Source: Trichoplax adhaerens
Lineage: Eukaryota; Animalia; Placozoa
DNA length: 64,000 nt
Reading direction: 5' to 3'
Assembly (NCBI RefSeq): GCF_000150275.1
Contig: NW_002060950.1
Span: 1,848,106-1,912,105 of the forward strand
The notes under the pieces were generated by a model. It saw nothing but the letters and a program-made list of their open reading frames with translations. It searched no databases and had not been told where the DNA came from. Below are positions 22,913 to 37,100 of the stretch, in pieces (position 1 is the first letter of the stretch; every line of letters starts with the position of its first letter). The position numbers were made by a program, and so were the translations under genes.

Positions 22913-25900
22913 TTATCCATCCCAGATACTTCGCTTCTGCTCGGCTTCCCTCTTTTTTTGTTCTGAAAATATGTCATCAATACTGTATTAATAAAATGAT
23001 TTCAACTGACATGATGATTGCAATTATAGTAGCAAGTAGGAGAAAATGGGATACGTTATGTTGGAAGTTACCTCTAGCTTCTTTTACTTTTTGCATTTCC
23101 ATTTTTCTTTGCTCTCGACTGATATTTGGCCTGACGCCTAGATGAGTTGCAACCATCCTACGAGCAGTTGCTGCTGATGTTTCCGGTCTTGCCTTAAACG
23201 GTTGGAAGGATTCTATAAAATAGTTACAGTAAAATTACCATTGGAATTACTATTGCCTTGAGAAGTCAATAGGAGTTTATGGATGACCGCGTACCTACGA
23301 GATTTACAGCTTTCGACTTTGAGGTTGAAGAAGCTTCATTAAACGGGCGTAATTTCATAAGTGGGTCATTGAATCGAGTAAGTATGCTTAATGCTAGTAG
23401 ATATCAAGTGTCCAGTGTTATAAACGATTTCTTGAGTGCAGTAGGTTGTTATTTTCAACAATATAACGATTATTACTTAATATCTATAAAATTATTACCT
23501 GCATGTGAATCAGACAACACAATCAAAGCATGGGTATCATCAGTCCATCTTATAACAAAGTCCTTGCAGCTGCGGCGAAATGTTCAAGATAGGTGATGTT
23601 AGTATCACTTCACTATCCGCTATAAACTTTGCAATATTAGAGTATTTTCAGTAGACAGTCGTACACAATTCAATCTCCTACTGTACAATATTGTAATAAA
23701 CTTGGAGCCATGCACTAAAAAATACTGTTCTTAATACAAATGATCCAATGAAAAAGGTAGAATTGTACGTATTATGCATACTGTAGCGAAAAACTGAGAT
23801 TACCGCCTAGTGCTAAATTAATAGGATGTCTACTACAGTATCAGTTTAGGTGGCTGGTATCGCAAAACGTTGCTAATATCGTATAATCCAGAAGTAGGAA
23901 GTAAAATTTGAAACCAACAAATAACTACTTTACATCTTGTTCTATACATGTCATACTGCATAACGGCAGACGAAAATCAGCATTACCCGGTACCATTTAA
24001 AGCTGCGTTAAGGTCACTTGTTTGCAACGCTTCTGAGAAATCGTACATCTCCAAGACATGGCTGTATTCTAACACAAGAATGGTTAATTGTTAAAAAATA
24101 TAATATATTTGAAATTAGTGTAATTTAGAAGTGCTTGCACTGCGATTGTTATGAAACTGTTAGTAAGTGTCTATCCGTAAATTTAATTTAGAATGATTAA
24201 GAATAATAGATTGCTAACCATCCTTGATATCGTAGTTACTGTAATCATTTACGGCTTGCTTTAATTGCATCTTGTTGGTGGATGGCACAACATTTCGCAG
24301 CTTTACAATTAGAATATATAAGCTTAAATCATGACAAGCTTTACTAAGTAAACAATAACATCTAGTATATACTCATATTCATTGCGGAATGAAAAGTTAT
24401 ATAAAACGCTACTTCTTTCATTAGCTTAGCATCTAAGCACTCTCCGCTTTCATCAAAACACTTTTCCCATTCTTCTTCCGAACTTTCATGATTTTCAAAT
24501 ATCGCTTGAGCCGACTCTGCACTATTAGTAGGAGACTCCACCTCGACCGCCTGAGTGCTTCTTTCTTGTACCGTTGTGCTAGCGTCTTGGCTAGAAGTGT
24601 TTTGATTTATGCTTAAATTATTTATTTCATTGGCAATGTCATCATTTCCTTTCTTGGAGGATTCCTTCAGTATTACATCACCACCAGGTTCATTGATCGG
24701 CTTCATTGTTAAGGCATTTTCCTTCTCTGTAATTACTGTAGAATTTGAGATCGAATCTGGGAGAATAGAATCAGAACCAGCAGTAGCATTTGCATTTTCG
24801 ACGGGAACAGCCTTCTTAGGTGGTCCAGTTTCTATCGGCTTCATTTTATTTTTTTTTTTCGATTTTTTACCAGATTTTGATTTTTTCTCCTTCCCGATAT
24901 CAGCTTCCCTTCTTTGTCGTGGCACATAAATCTCGGCTGTTGGCCGCTTTTGATTACTATCGTATTTTAAAATTGAGTAATTTAAAGAACATGGTTATGC
25001 ATGAGTAGGTAAATAAGCTTTACTGTATTTAAACGCATCTCTAGCATGTGTAGTATACCTTTTTCGATCATTTGATTTATCATTTTCTGATGATCGTGAT
25101 TCTTCTTTGGCTTCGGGTGTATTTACATTTTCAGATATTGAGGAGCTGTCGACAGATTATACACGTATATTAGAATTATCCATACACCTATATAAACATG
25201 AAGTCACTATTATATTATCGGCTGTATAGTGGAGTAGACGAAGAGACTGTGGTTCAACTCGAGATGACTACCGATCGTTTCAAGCCAGAATTGTACAAAT
25301 ATAGTGTTGCGATGCTTTTTAATCGTATCTAGCTTGATGTTAACCTATTCTTCAATGTCAGCAATCTAACCCCCATTTGCGGAATTAATAGATAATGTAT
25401 GATGCGAGTATCTGCATCGATCATCGACTATGTATATTATCCTATAAAATGATACCGCACACCATTCTGTTTTTAACTACGATGCCATAAATTGCTTAAT
25501 ATGCTACATCCGATAATGTTACCTTGATTCTGCCATGGATTGGGTGATGGGAGTGTTGAAGAAAAGAGCGGTTCGTCGGTTGATGTCTTTTCCTACTGAT
25601 TGACTTTGAACTGGAGGGAATTGCGCTGCAGTTTGATGAATAAGATAGCGATATCGAGATCGTACAGGAGGGAAAAGTAGAACTGATACAGCATTGGAAG
25701 TCCTTAAGAAGTTACAAGGAATACATTAGATCGATCTATGATACTCGTTAATTTATCATCTAGCCTCATTCGATTCTAAATAGCAATATGCAGAAGCCCT
25801 ATTAATTTAAATGCGTTCAGTATGACAATGACTGTAGGTCTACTCATACAGAACGCAGTACAAAGTACTGCAAACGACGATTTGGTGTGACTTATCGAAG

Positions 25901-26832
25901 CAGTATATTTATTTTATGGATTACTTGCACAATCAGTATGAAATACAAGTAGTAAATCAGTTTAAACTATGCAATACCGATTGCAACCTACAGTAGTACG
26001 AAGAAGTTCTAAACTTATGTTATTAGTAGTATTCAGGCTGATACATTGTAAACTATTGAACGCAGCAGCATCACTATTTTACAGGCTACTTGCACAATCG
26101 GTATGAAATATACAGTAGTAAATCAGTTTTAAGCTGCGAAATACCGACTGTGACTGGGCACAAAAAAGTCCTAAAAACTTTACTGCATTGCCAGCAATAT
26201 TCAACCTGATCTACCACTTAACATTACTCAGGGTCTACAGTACATGGCCTACTGTAACTACATTAAAAGATTAATCCATTATCATCACCACTGGAGGCCA
26301 TTCTTAACGACGTAATCGATAATGTACTGATTGAATGGCGTAGTGTACATATTCACCGTTATACATCGTGGCCCTCGTCAGCCTTTCTTCTACTCCCTCC
26401 ATTTTGATGAAGATTGTTTACATACGTAAAGTAAGCAACGTGGAGTACTTGCTACTATTGCTTACTCTTTGAGTCAACGACTGGTTGTCTTTTAATCATT
26501 TACAATCCTATACGTAGACGTATAGGATATTTGCATAGTCAATGCCAATCATGAACACTGCTACACCATCACTAATGATTGCTTTTAACTCTCTCATATA
26601 AGTAAAGCTTGCTTGAATTGAAATCAAGCAGAATATCTCAAGAGATGTTGGAAAATGAATCGATTGGCTGGCATGAGAAGCGTGCTTTGCATTGCGACTA
26701 TCCGTTTGCGATGAAAATTAAAGTAGCTTACCGACTCTGCTCGACAAATCTCTTGATATCGTCCTGTACAAGAGCAAGAAATGCTTCCTCTGCCACGTTG
26801 ATACGATACTTTCCAAAGCGATGATCAAGGAT
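22913..26832 (-). CDS. R3HCC1: R3H and coiled-coil domain protein, R3HCC1/R3HCC1L-like (start codon unresolved)
   Basis: Exon ~26732-26832 (AEEAFLALVQDDIKRF) splices in frame to ~25523-25703 (VLLFPPVRSRYRYLIHQTAAQF...SVGKDINRRTALF, R3H domain). Later exons contain RPTAEIYVPR, EEEWEKCFDESGECLD, HVLEMYDF, WTDDTHALIV, RPETSAATARRMVATHLGV and end ...KRSIWDG* (stop 22913-22915). Confidence 0.85.
25896..26210. repeat. Intronic tandem duplication, 165-bp period
   Basis: TACTTGCACAATC.GTATGAAATA...GTAGTAAATCAGTTT at 25922 and 26087. Confidence 0.85.
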
Positions 26833-29800
26833 AAAATGAAATCAAATGCTAGTACTTCCAAGTGATGAAGAAATACCAGCGTAAAATGTTCAAGCTTGAC
26901 GGTAGTAACGGAGTCATTTGGCACTGCAAGAGGGTACCGACTGTATTGTGTACAATACAACAGTGTCATTGACTAGGATAATACCAGAGATTTGTGAAGA
27001 GACAGCGAGAATACCACACTTCCCTTATTCGCTAGCAAAGGGCCAAAGTAATCCTTCTAGGCCAGTCCTAACTGGTGATTGGTAAATCCATACTGTACCC
27101 TTATAGATTGTATCATGTATGATACATTAACTACAGCGGTGTCATGGCCGTCGAATCTCCATCAATTATAGATATTGATTGATTCTAGCTAAGCCTAGAG
27201 GAAATTTTGCATCTTTCGACAATATTAGAAATGAATAAGAAAATTGTAACGAATATTAAGATACTTAGCAACCGTGATTTTCACTTAGTAGTCCACTACT
27301 TAGGCTATATCATTTTCGATAGCATTTAGTTAATCTATAGCTCTAGTATAACATATATAGATATACAGTATATACTATATCTATCTATCTATCGAAAAGT
27401 AGTTTACCAGCATCTATGCAATCTGCTGTGATGACTATCTAGAAATTTAGCTGCCTACCATACAACATATAGCATATATTTGTCCTAAAGAATACATAGC
27501 ATCCATAACCGGGCATTCTCACTGCCTTTTCATATCCTTAGTAGGATAGTGCCTACGGCCGTTGTCGGCAATGGTCGCATTTCCGATACTCGCAGTATCG
27601 CATACTTGTACCGGGAAATCATTCTTCCGTATATAAAAATTGGGGCTCTCTTTCAAATACTTTCTCACTCATGTATCAAGGATAGTTGAAATCAAAGCGA
27701 TGTTGTTTTAGTTCAATTGTTAGCTTTAACAAGATCATCAATGTTCATTATAGACCAGAGTTAGCTGTCTTGAATGGGTACGGCTACAACAACAACTCAA
27801 GACGTAAGAGAGCTTGTCTTATTTAATATCACATGCTAATTAATGATATAATTAAGGAATAGAATGGTACTAGGACAGAGAGGATACCCAACACATTATT
27901 ACTTCAAATTTGATTGTATACAACAGCGAGTTAATTCATTCCATCTATATTGATTATCCTAGCAGAGAGGAAGAGCAATACTGGATGTACGTGCAGAGAT
28001 ATTGAAAAGTAAAATGAGCTAATACTCTCGTTATACAAAGTATAAAAAGAGAGTATATTATCACTTAATGTAAATAATATCGAGAAATTGATGGACGTAG
28101 AAATACCATTGTTGATATTCTGTTATTAGTCGTATACAGAACAAGCGATAAAGTTTTCTACTTAGTAGTTATTGGCATAAAGAAAAGGATTTTTAACGGA
28201 TATTCATTACTAGTATTCGCATATAGAAAATCCAATTTATCAGTAATAGTATTATAGAATTCATTACAGCAACGTATTGAATGTATCAATATCATTAATA
28301 ATTAATAAAAAAGAATAGATAATTAACATTCATTACTGCTCTCTTTCATATTTATGAAGACTTTACTCCATCCCGCGTAAACATCCTAAAATTGATGCTA
28401 AGTCGAAGTATACTCTACAGATAATTAAGCACATTCATAGGGGAAAGATATAGTACTATTTGCAACCCATTTCAAAAAAATCATAGTACAGTAAATAATC
28501 AATCGAGATCAACATATCAGCATTAGCTCCAGCGTGCCTTATAGATGTGCCCTGTAGATATCTGCTGTACACATTGGATCCGAAATGGTAGCGTTACTAC
28601 TATACTAATCAATTTTATTGATGTAAAAGTAGACACTTAATGATAATTTCAATATAAAATGACTATTATTGATTTGCACATGTTTGAAAACAATAAATTA
28701 CTTGATTACATAACCTACGTATTCTATAGTTAAAACGTAATAGGATGGGTATCGATGGACTATAGATATACGAGTATTATTGTTGAAGGTTGCTGGTAAT
28801 TATGCTGATCAGCATTATTATCGTATTAAAGACCATGGTAGTATTGAATAATTAAACTATCAATTGTTAAGTTTGACAAGTCAGGAATTTTTAAGATTCA
28901 ATGCTGCTGGAAGGGATTAAGTATAATGTAGCAACAGTTCTCACAATATAATGTTTTGGACTATGCCCAAGCTTTAATCTTGATGACAACATAGTCGAGA
29001 CAAACTACTCATATTAAGAATGTTGTGATAGCTACATTACCAAAATACCTTAATCAAATCATAAGATCGACGTTAATCACAACAGAATCGTAGTCTATGT
29101 CTACTATTAAATTTAATTTTAAGTTACTGATTAGCTATCATTATGATTATAAGTGTAACATTCAAACTGATATTATTTCTTTTCTATCAAGTCACTATTA
29201 TTTAATTAAAGCTTTGTCTAGCAGATAATTCTGCAAAAAATAGTTTGCTGATATTGGCTAGTTGACGCTAAAAATTTCGATCTTTCTTTAATCAATTGAT
29301 AACATTTCTTTAATTTCTTCATCTCCTTATTCATGTTTAACTAGCTATAGAAATATATTTAGTTCACGCTGCATTCTTTGCTTCGATTTAAATAAATGAG
29401 AACAAACACTGTATTCATAAAACGGTAGTTTTTCCAATTCCTGAAATGGAAGGAATATTAATTAAATAAATAATGGTATATTTTTAAATGCAGATGAATT
29501 AAAGCCGATTGAGAATCGATGCTTTATTTCCTTGTCGAGGGATGGGACGATAAATATCTATTTTATTAACTTTTTAATACTGTATCGATAATATAATTGG
29601 AAATTGATATGCTATTTGCTCATCTAACTATTTTAGCTATTATTACAATATTGCTCATAAGGGTAAGATTGCCTGAAAACAACATCCTCTAAGTGTCCTT
29701 TAATTTCTTTTGAATTCTGCAGGCTATTACTATTATTGCACAGAATTCAAGACAAAATTTCTTTCCATACAGTAGCGAACAGTAAATATGTCTATTATAA

Positions 29801-31167
29801 TAGATGGCTAGCCATTTTACTCCCACTTAATAATATTTTTCTGTCTTTGAATAATTATCTATGCTGGATAGCGATCAACATTATTTCATTAATCACGGCA
29901 TATCCATGATTATACTGCATAATATTTTATTTTCCACATCAAACTCTTAATCATTCTAATAGTAACATCATATAGCAATGATTTAGTGAATCAATTCATA
30001 GATATAGCAGACAAAACAGGCATAGTTTTTATCCATTCCATTATGCGATAACCATAACAAAAATTTATTTTTTAAACCAATCACTATTCTCGTTTCTGGT
30101 CGTCGTCACCTTGTAATTAACATGATTAGCGCAGGTGTGCTGTATTTGCTGTTAAATTGACAAAGGTAGAGACAGAAGATTGAAGATTGTATAAAATACC
30201 GTCATTCGTGTTGATAATGGCCAATTTCATCGTAATTTAGATATTCTTATGCAGTATAATAGTTATTATGCAATTTATTTTCCATCTACCCAAACAATCT
30301 AAAAATTGATATTTAAAGTCTTTCTTAACTAAATTGGCAATGATGAAAGGAAGTCTCTCTATGATTACATATATACCTCGCTGTATTACCTATTAGTCCA
30401 GCCAATAAAGACATGATGGCAGTATGTTAAATGAATTGTAACCAGGCAGTATTAATATTGAATTTATCATTGAAATATATTATGATCTTGTTGACATTAT
30501 TATAAGGGCTGGCGAAAGCAAGTCAAGGAATAGAATTCTATCTTATTACATTATCAAATCGCTCTTCTACTACCTATGTTCATATCCCTATCTGTCTGGG
30601 CGTAATATCATAATAACAGAATCTTTTGATTTAATATATATATTCAAGCCTTTTGATGAGCTCACTTTCTATTATTTCATACCTAGTTGCTATAGCAACT
30701 AAGACAATATCATTCTTTGGGGTTATTCTTCTTCTCCTCGATAGCTTATTTACTGCAAAGTCAATTCGAACTTTATATGCATATTAATCATGTTGCAAGT
30801 TATTGCATATCCAATTTCTTGATCAAAACTATCGACTAGGTGTATTTAATGACTTGAGATTGATTGATTAGGTAAATGGCGGATAGGAACATAACGTTAC
30901 GATCATGGGTTGTTTTTGGATATAAAAAAATAATACTTGTTATTTCAAATAATTAATTTGAATAGAAAGAGAACTCTATCTGACTATAATATATAGAGAG
31001 TGAATTAAAAATGATTGTAATTGATTCTATTAGATTGGATATTGAAAGAAGATTGGGTAGCAGACAGGCAGATGATGGCATCAATTGTAATTCAAGTTTA
31101 ATTTTAATCGATCATCTACGCCAAACTTTTGTTATACAAGGAAATAAAATTCATTTTTGGAAAAATT

Positions 31168-34100
31168 ATGCCTCAAGGAAGGGATTCAATAGCATCGTAT
31201 CGTTCAGCGGAATTGATGTCGGCATCAAAAAGATCCAAACCTAACCGACGACAACGTAGCGAGGCCTTGTATGAAAAAGAGGATTTTCAGGTGTGCTATA
31301 CTGTACAATTAATTATCCTTTGGGGCCTTGATTAACTCTGATCAATCAATTACTGTCTTCTATTTATCTATAATTTTTAAAGGGTGTTATTGTACTTTTA
31401 CTCATCATCAATGATGTTAAACTAGATTCTGTATTAACTACTTAAAAAATGGAAGATTGATTGCAGTTTATTGACTTTCTTTTCAATACGACAAGATTGT
31501 GCCCTATCTTCTTTTAGCCTAGTTATGCATGATTAGTTGCTGTATTCATTGACTTGCCACATTCGTTCTCTTACACCTGCTTCGAATCCAATACATCAGT
31601 AAAAGTGTTCTATCATACGGTAACGGGGAAAACTCTTCTATTTGACAATTTGTGTTATTATGATAAAAGAATTAATTAATGAAATGGAATGATGGTAGTA
31701 AGTGCTATGAAATTCAGCAATATGATCCGTGAAACTGTCATCTACCTGATTTAACCATTCCATCACTCCCACAAGAATAAAAATAGTTATATCTCTTCAA
31801 TTACATTGACAACGATTCCGTGAATAGTAATAAATAAATTTTAATTTGGAATAGGATATTAGAAAGAATAAATTCATCCCCTCTTCTCGTCTTGCCTTTA
31901 TTACAGACTTAATAGCTCTATCTTAACCAGTCAGTGTAGTGTTGGCCCTTTTATCATATTGTATTTAAGTTACTTGATTACTTTTCTGTCCAACTGCTAA
32001 TCCATACGATCCTAATCCAGAGATTGAATTGGTATTTCACTTGTTGTCTATTCATTCCATCATAATGCCATTCGCTAGGGATATTCAAGTAAGATGATCG
32101 TTTTAATTTTTTATTTGAAAGAAAAATTGAATTAGATTTAGGTATACTGTATTAGTTAATATACATTTTCTCGCATTCGATGTGTATGAATAGCCAGTAT
32201 ATACGTCTAGATAGGGATAGACTGGTAAAACTCTATATTATGCCCAAATTATACATCGCTGCAATCGTTAACCACTGTAAATCAAGACGATATTCATTTT
32301 ACTATGGCAAAATAAAAATTTTAACAAATCCTTCTTGTTTCTTTTACTGTCTTACATCAAGATAGGCTCATTATACTCTTTGGTTGTTTACTGAAAAGTA
32401 ATTTTGCTTCGTTATACATCACTTCTTATTTATCCACTTCTAGCTAATAATTATTGTCGATTTTGCGTTTGATATTATTGCGTTGCCATACACAATATTG
32501 ATCAATCGAATAAGTTGTATTTCAATTTATCTTTATAACAGAAAGAAGTTGATTACATCAAGACGACGTTTAATAAGCTTGAATGTGTTCACTATGTCCG
32601 AAATGTACAGAGCAAAACACGAAGGTATGATCAATATGGAAGCAGAGAAATGGAATTATTTTATTTACGATGAACTTTGGTCATTTTAACCAACCATCAT
32701 TGATTGGAGTATCAAGACTTAATCTAACTACATTTTGTTACCAATGTTTACTTTAGTCGGATGTGATCGTATTTTTTATACTTATCAGGAGTAAATCAAT
32801 AATTGTCGATATGTGGAATAATAATTTAAACCAAAATTGATTTGTCATTGGCCGATGTTATTTGACTGGATATTCAGAGGTTATTTTTAAATGATGGATT
32901 GGTCTTTGACTTTTTTCCTAGTTGTTATTGTGGTAGAAACACCAATGAACACGGTTTTGAAACACCAGAGCGTAAAACAAGCCGAGGTACAGGCATAATA
33001 TAGATGTTAAAGTCGAAATATTATATTACTACTTTATTATCAATGAATGATGTTTTTTATTTCTTTCGTAATGATTATCTAATTATAGCGCATGGCTGTT
33101 CTATAGAACTATAGAAATAATATTTTATAATAAGACATAACTAAAGGCACACTTAAATGATTTTATCAAGTTTATATAACCGTAAATTTTTATTTATCAC
33201 TTCGAAATACCATAGTATCATTCTAATGCTACTTTTCACTTTCCCGGTCAATGCCAAAAATTATTTAAAGAAAATCTTGCTATAAATTAATAAGAATTTT
33301 GAAAATAGCTACTTCTATGTCTATCAAGTCTTCAGCAGCTACGACATTTATCGCTACTTACAGAGACCACTGCCCTAGTCTCAGTTTTTAGCATAATTAA
33401 TTAATTATTGTTAATGCTGATCATCGAGGAAAATGCCTCTATTTTGGGTCCTCTCGGTCATTTGATCCCTACCAAATATCTGATATCAATTTCCTACTAC
33501 AGTATTACAATACTTCTAATATAATAGAGTAATTTATATCATATGATATCTTTTATAATCCAGAGTCTTTCATGAAATAATGCCCTAAGTGTAATCGATA
33601 AGAATGGCTTCCCTAACTACAAAAATAATGATGTTAACTAAGCTTTTAATCATTATAAATTAAAATATCTTCACTACTTTATACGTATTTATTCCTAGCT
33701 TAAAAATACCAATGATTGTTTCTAGCTCTTACTAGAGGGATATCACAATCATACAAGGGAGTCTTGAAAACTATTAGATTTTAAATAATGTACTTTGCGT
33801 TATTATAATCATTATCGTATGCATATTTATCTTTAGCTTAAAAAAATATCAAATGATCGCTTCTAGCACTTACAGGATGGGCATCACTAATAGATAGGCA
33901 AAATTGAATACTTTTAGATTTCATATATTGTAATTTACGTTGTTATACAGCATTTAAAATTAATTTTTGTTTCTCAAAGTTCATGATATACGAATATATA
34001 ACATATACACTGATATACCTTAAAAAATCACAATTTGGCTAATAGTAGCAACTTGAAATTTGGGTGGATGATATTCTGCTTCCGTTTAACACTCATTTAC

Positions 34101-37100
34101 ATAGATCATGATAAAACGTACATACAGTAGAGGAGGTGTAAATTCACTTAATGAACAATCTAAGTAAATACTCTCCCCAGTATATTTACCTAGGTTGACT
34201 ATTTATATGCGGTAGTAATGGCAATGAATTGCTATCAAATTGTTGTATATTTTCTACGGTATATCATTTCATTCTTGGCTTGGAATACCATTCGATCTCC
34301 CTTGGTAGATATTGATATAATGAATACTGGAACTACGGTAAATTGAGTAATCCATTCAACTACGTACTGAAAAATATTCGATTTCTATAGGACTATGGAA
34401 AGTTGAAAATAATTATAATATCTATTCATAAGCGTAAGTTTATCCTCGAACTATAATCACATTTATCGCTGCTGCACCATTTATTTCCGTTAATTATATC
34501 GTCGAGCATCATATAATATAAATAAAATATATTCTATTCTTCGTGAAAAGTTGGGAATACTTGTAATTTTTAATCGTAAAGGTAAGCCTATCCTCGAACT
34601 ACGATCGCATTTATCGCTGCCACACCGTTCATTTCCGTTAAGTATAGGCCATGGTATAATACAAAATGTCTTCATTTTCCCCTAGTATTGAATTCCTTAC
34701 ATTTTCATGGGTTTGCCATACTTTACTAATCCTATCTGCTGCGTATGGAATGCTAGCCATTCTTTATAGATTCTATAAAGCCTGGAATAGATGTCATTTC
34801 TATTCGTATGTGTTCATTTATCCGTGAGCTACGATCTCATTGATTGCTGTCCCATTGCCAATCTCTACTAGGATATCATAGAACTGATTTTCTTGCATTT
34901 CTTAAATCTTTCCCTGGCTTCTAGTGATCTTCATCTTATTTTTCGATAATTTGAGCATATCTTATGCTTCATTAGAATTTCTTTGCTATAGCAGCTTTTA
35001 TCAAGAGATAATTTTATCAATTTTAATATACTATAATGCATCCATATTACTATAATATGGAGAGTCTTGTAATATTTCTTAGCACATGCCAAGAAGATCT
35101 GTAAATGGGATCGCAGTAATATAGCTCCGATCGCCTTATTGTTAAGTACTGTACGCAAAATCGGTTGGTTACGATATCTACAATTACATGGAATACTCGT
35201 ACATATTACAAATCTGGTGCTTATACGGTATTATACATAAATATGGAATAAAATGAAATTTCTTTACTATGGGGATTCATCTAAGATAATTTTGTAGATT
35301 CTGATGCTATACAGCTCATCTACGAATAGGGTGCCCGATATTTTTAGCGTTATATAAAATATGGAATAATGACAGATTCCATTAATGAGCGTTAATTTAA
35401 TATCATGGGCTGTAGAAACTCAATCCTTACATATATAAAAATGAAAATCTGTTTGATTTTCCGCGATATTAACGAAGATTAAATAATGTACACAGCATTA
35501 ACTTTCCGGCGAAAAGTTACCCCAGCCAAACGTACTTAGCACTATGTACATTATTTAATCTTCGTTTCTATCGCGGACAATCAAGCAGATTTTCATTTTT
35601 TTATATGTAAGAATTTAGAATGTAATATGTATGTATTTAGGAATAAGAGATACCTTAGCTTCACTTCATCATTTTTCATATTTGAGTAAATTACAATATT
35701 TATTTTTCCTGGCTTCAGTCCTTGCTGGAATCATTGACCTTTTCTATACTGACTATTTCTTTTTCATGTATTAAATAGTGGTAGGATATCAATCCAATCG
35801 TCCAAGCACATGGAGCAAAGAGAGCTGCTTAATTGAACGGCCTAGCGATGCTTATGGACGCATTAATTTTATAAATCAATATATGGCTAGTAAACCTGCA
35901 AAGGTATCATACCTTTCAACTTTATATTGAATAGATAGCATTTCAGTCTTTACTTAATCGACATTCGCTATAGCTAAATAGAAGTCTTGTTGTTAGAGAT
36001 TATGTTTTAATCCCTTTAAAGTAACCATAGATAATATTGAAACTAACCTGAAATTGTATAAAATTTAAAATGGATAATTTGTAGTTGGTATAATAATAGG
36101 TCTGTCTAAAACTTAATGCTACTTGTTCTTTGCTTTACAGTATGCTCGTGTAAGCCATAATAGCAAACCTAAAGATTTATTGAAGTTGTTAATTGATCAT
36201 TGGAAGTTACCCATTCCTAACTTAATCATCTCTGTGACTGGTGGTGCAAAAAATTTCAAGCTAAATCAACGAGATCAAGAAATTTTCAATCGAGGATTAA
36301 TTAAAGCGGGTCAAAGTACAGGTATAAATAAAGCAATCCAGTTTGTGATATAAAGTGGTATGGAGTAGCTATGCCTTCCTCCATATAATCGTGTAGAAAA
36401 ATTTGCAAGATATCCTTCATCTAAATAATTGATTGAAAACAAATAACTTAAGCGTATAAACTGGCTATATGTTGTTTATAAGATACGGATAGTTATAATT
36501 ATATAGTGATATGAAATCATTTAATTTGCCAGATTTATGCGCTAAATTCCAATGTTTTTCTTTCATCAAAATGAATTTAAAGGTGCTTGGATTCTTACCG
36601 GCGGTACAAATATTGGTGTTGTGAAAGCAGTTGGTCGAGCTATTATCGAATCGCAATCATTGGCATGGGTTGGCAAAGGGACAAAACGAGAGCAGTTACA
36701 TTGTGTAGGAATCGCGCCTTGGAGTTATGTCGATAATTGCCAAAGCTTAATCAACAAGAAAGAAAATGAATCGGTATATCTACTGTACTTGCAATCTAAG
36801 CAAGAGATATTTTTTAGCTTACAAGTAATGCTACTGCAGTAGATATTCTTGATTGAGAATATTTATGCTATTTTCTATCTGAGCAAGTGCGCTATTCTGT
36901 TAGCAATCTCATAAAAATCTTTTTCACATACCCCATTCCTGAGTACTTGCTTCTATATTGTGTTATTATCATGTAAAATAGAGCAGGTTAGATTAATGAT
37001 TCGATACTTTTAACGCGCAGAATACAGTTTAGCAGTTTAGGTTTGCAGGACTTTTACGAGATATTTCTTCTGTAGATTATTTCAATCGTTACTTTAATAA

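Noticed and set aside
24609-24929. Antisense ORFs (24609-24929, 38008-38526, 54619-54879, 59635-59918)
   Set aside because: Shadow frames opposite real exons, with no recognisable motifs.
26225-26290. GTGATGA...CTGA on the minus strand in R3HCC1 intron 1 as a C/D snoRNA
   Set aside because: No convincing terminal stem, unlike the SNRPG candidate.
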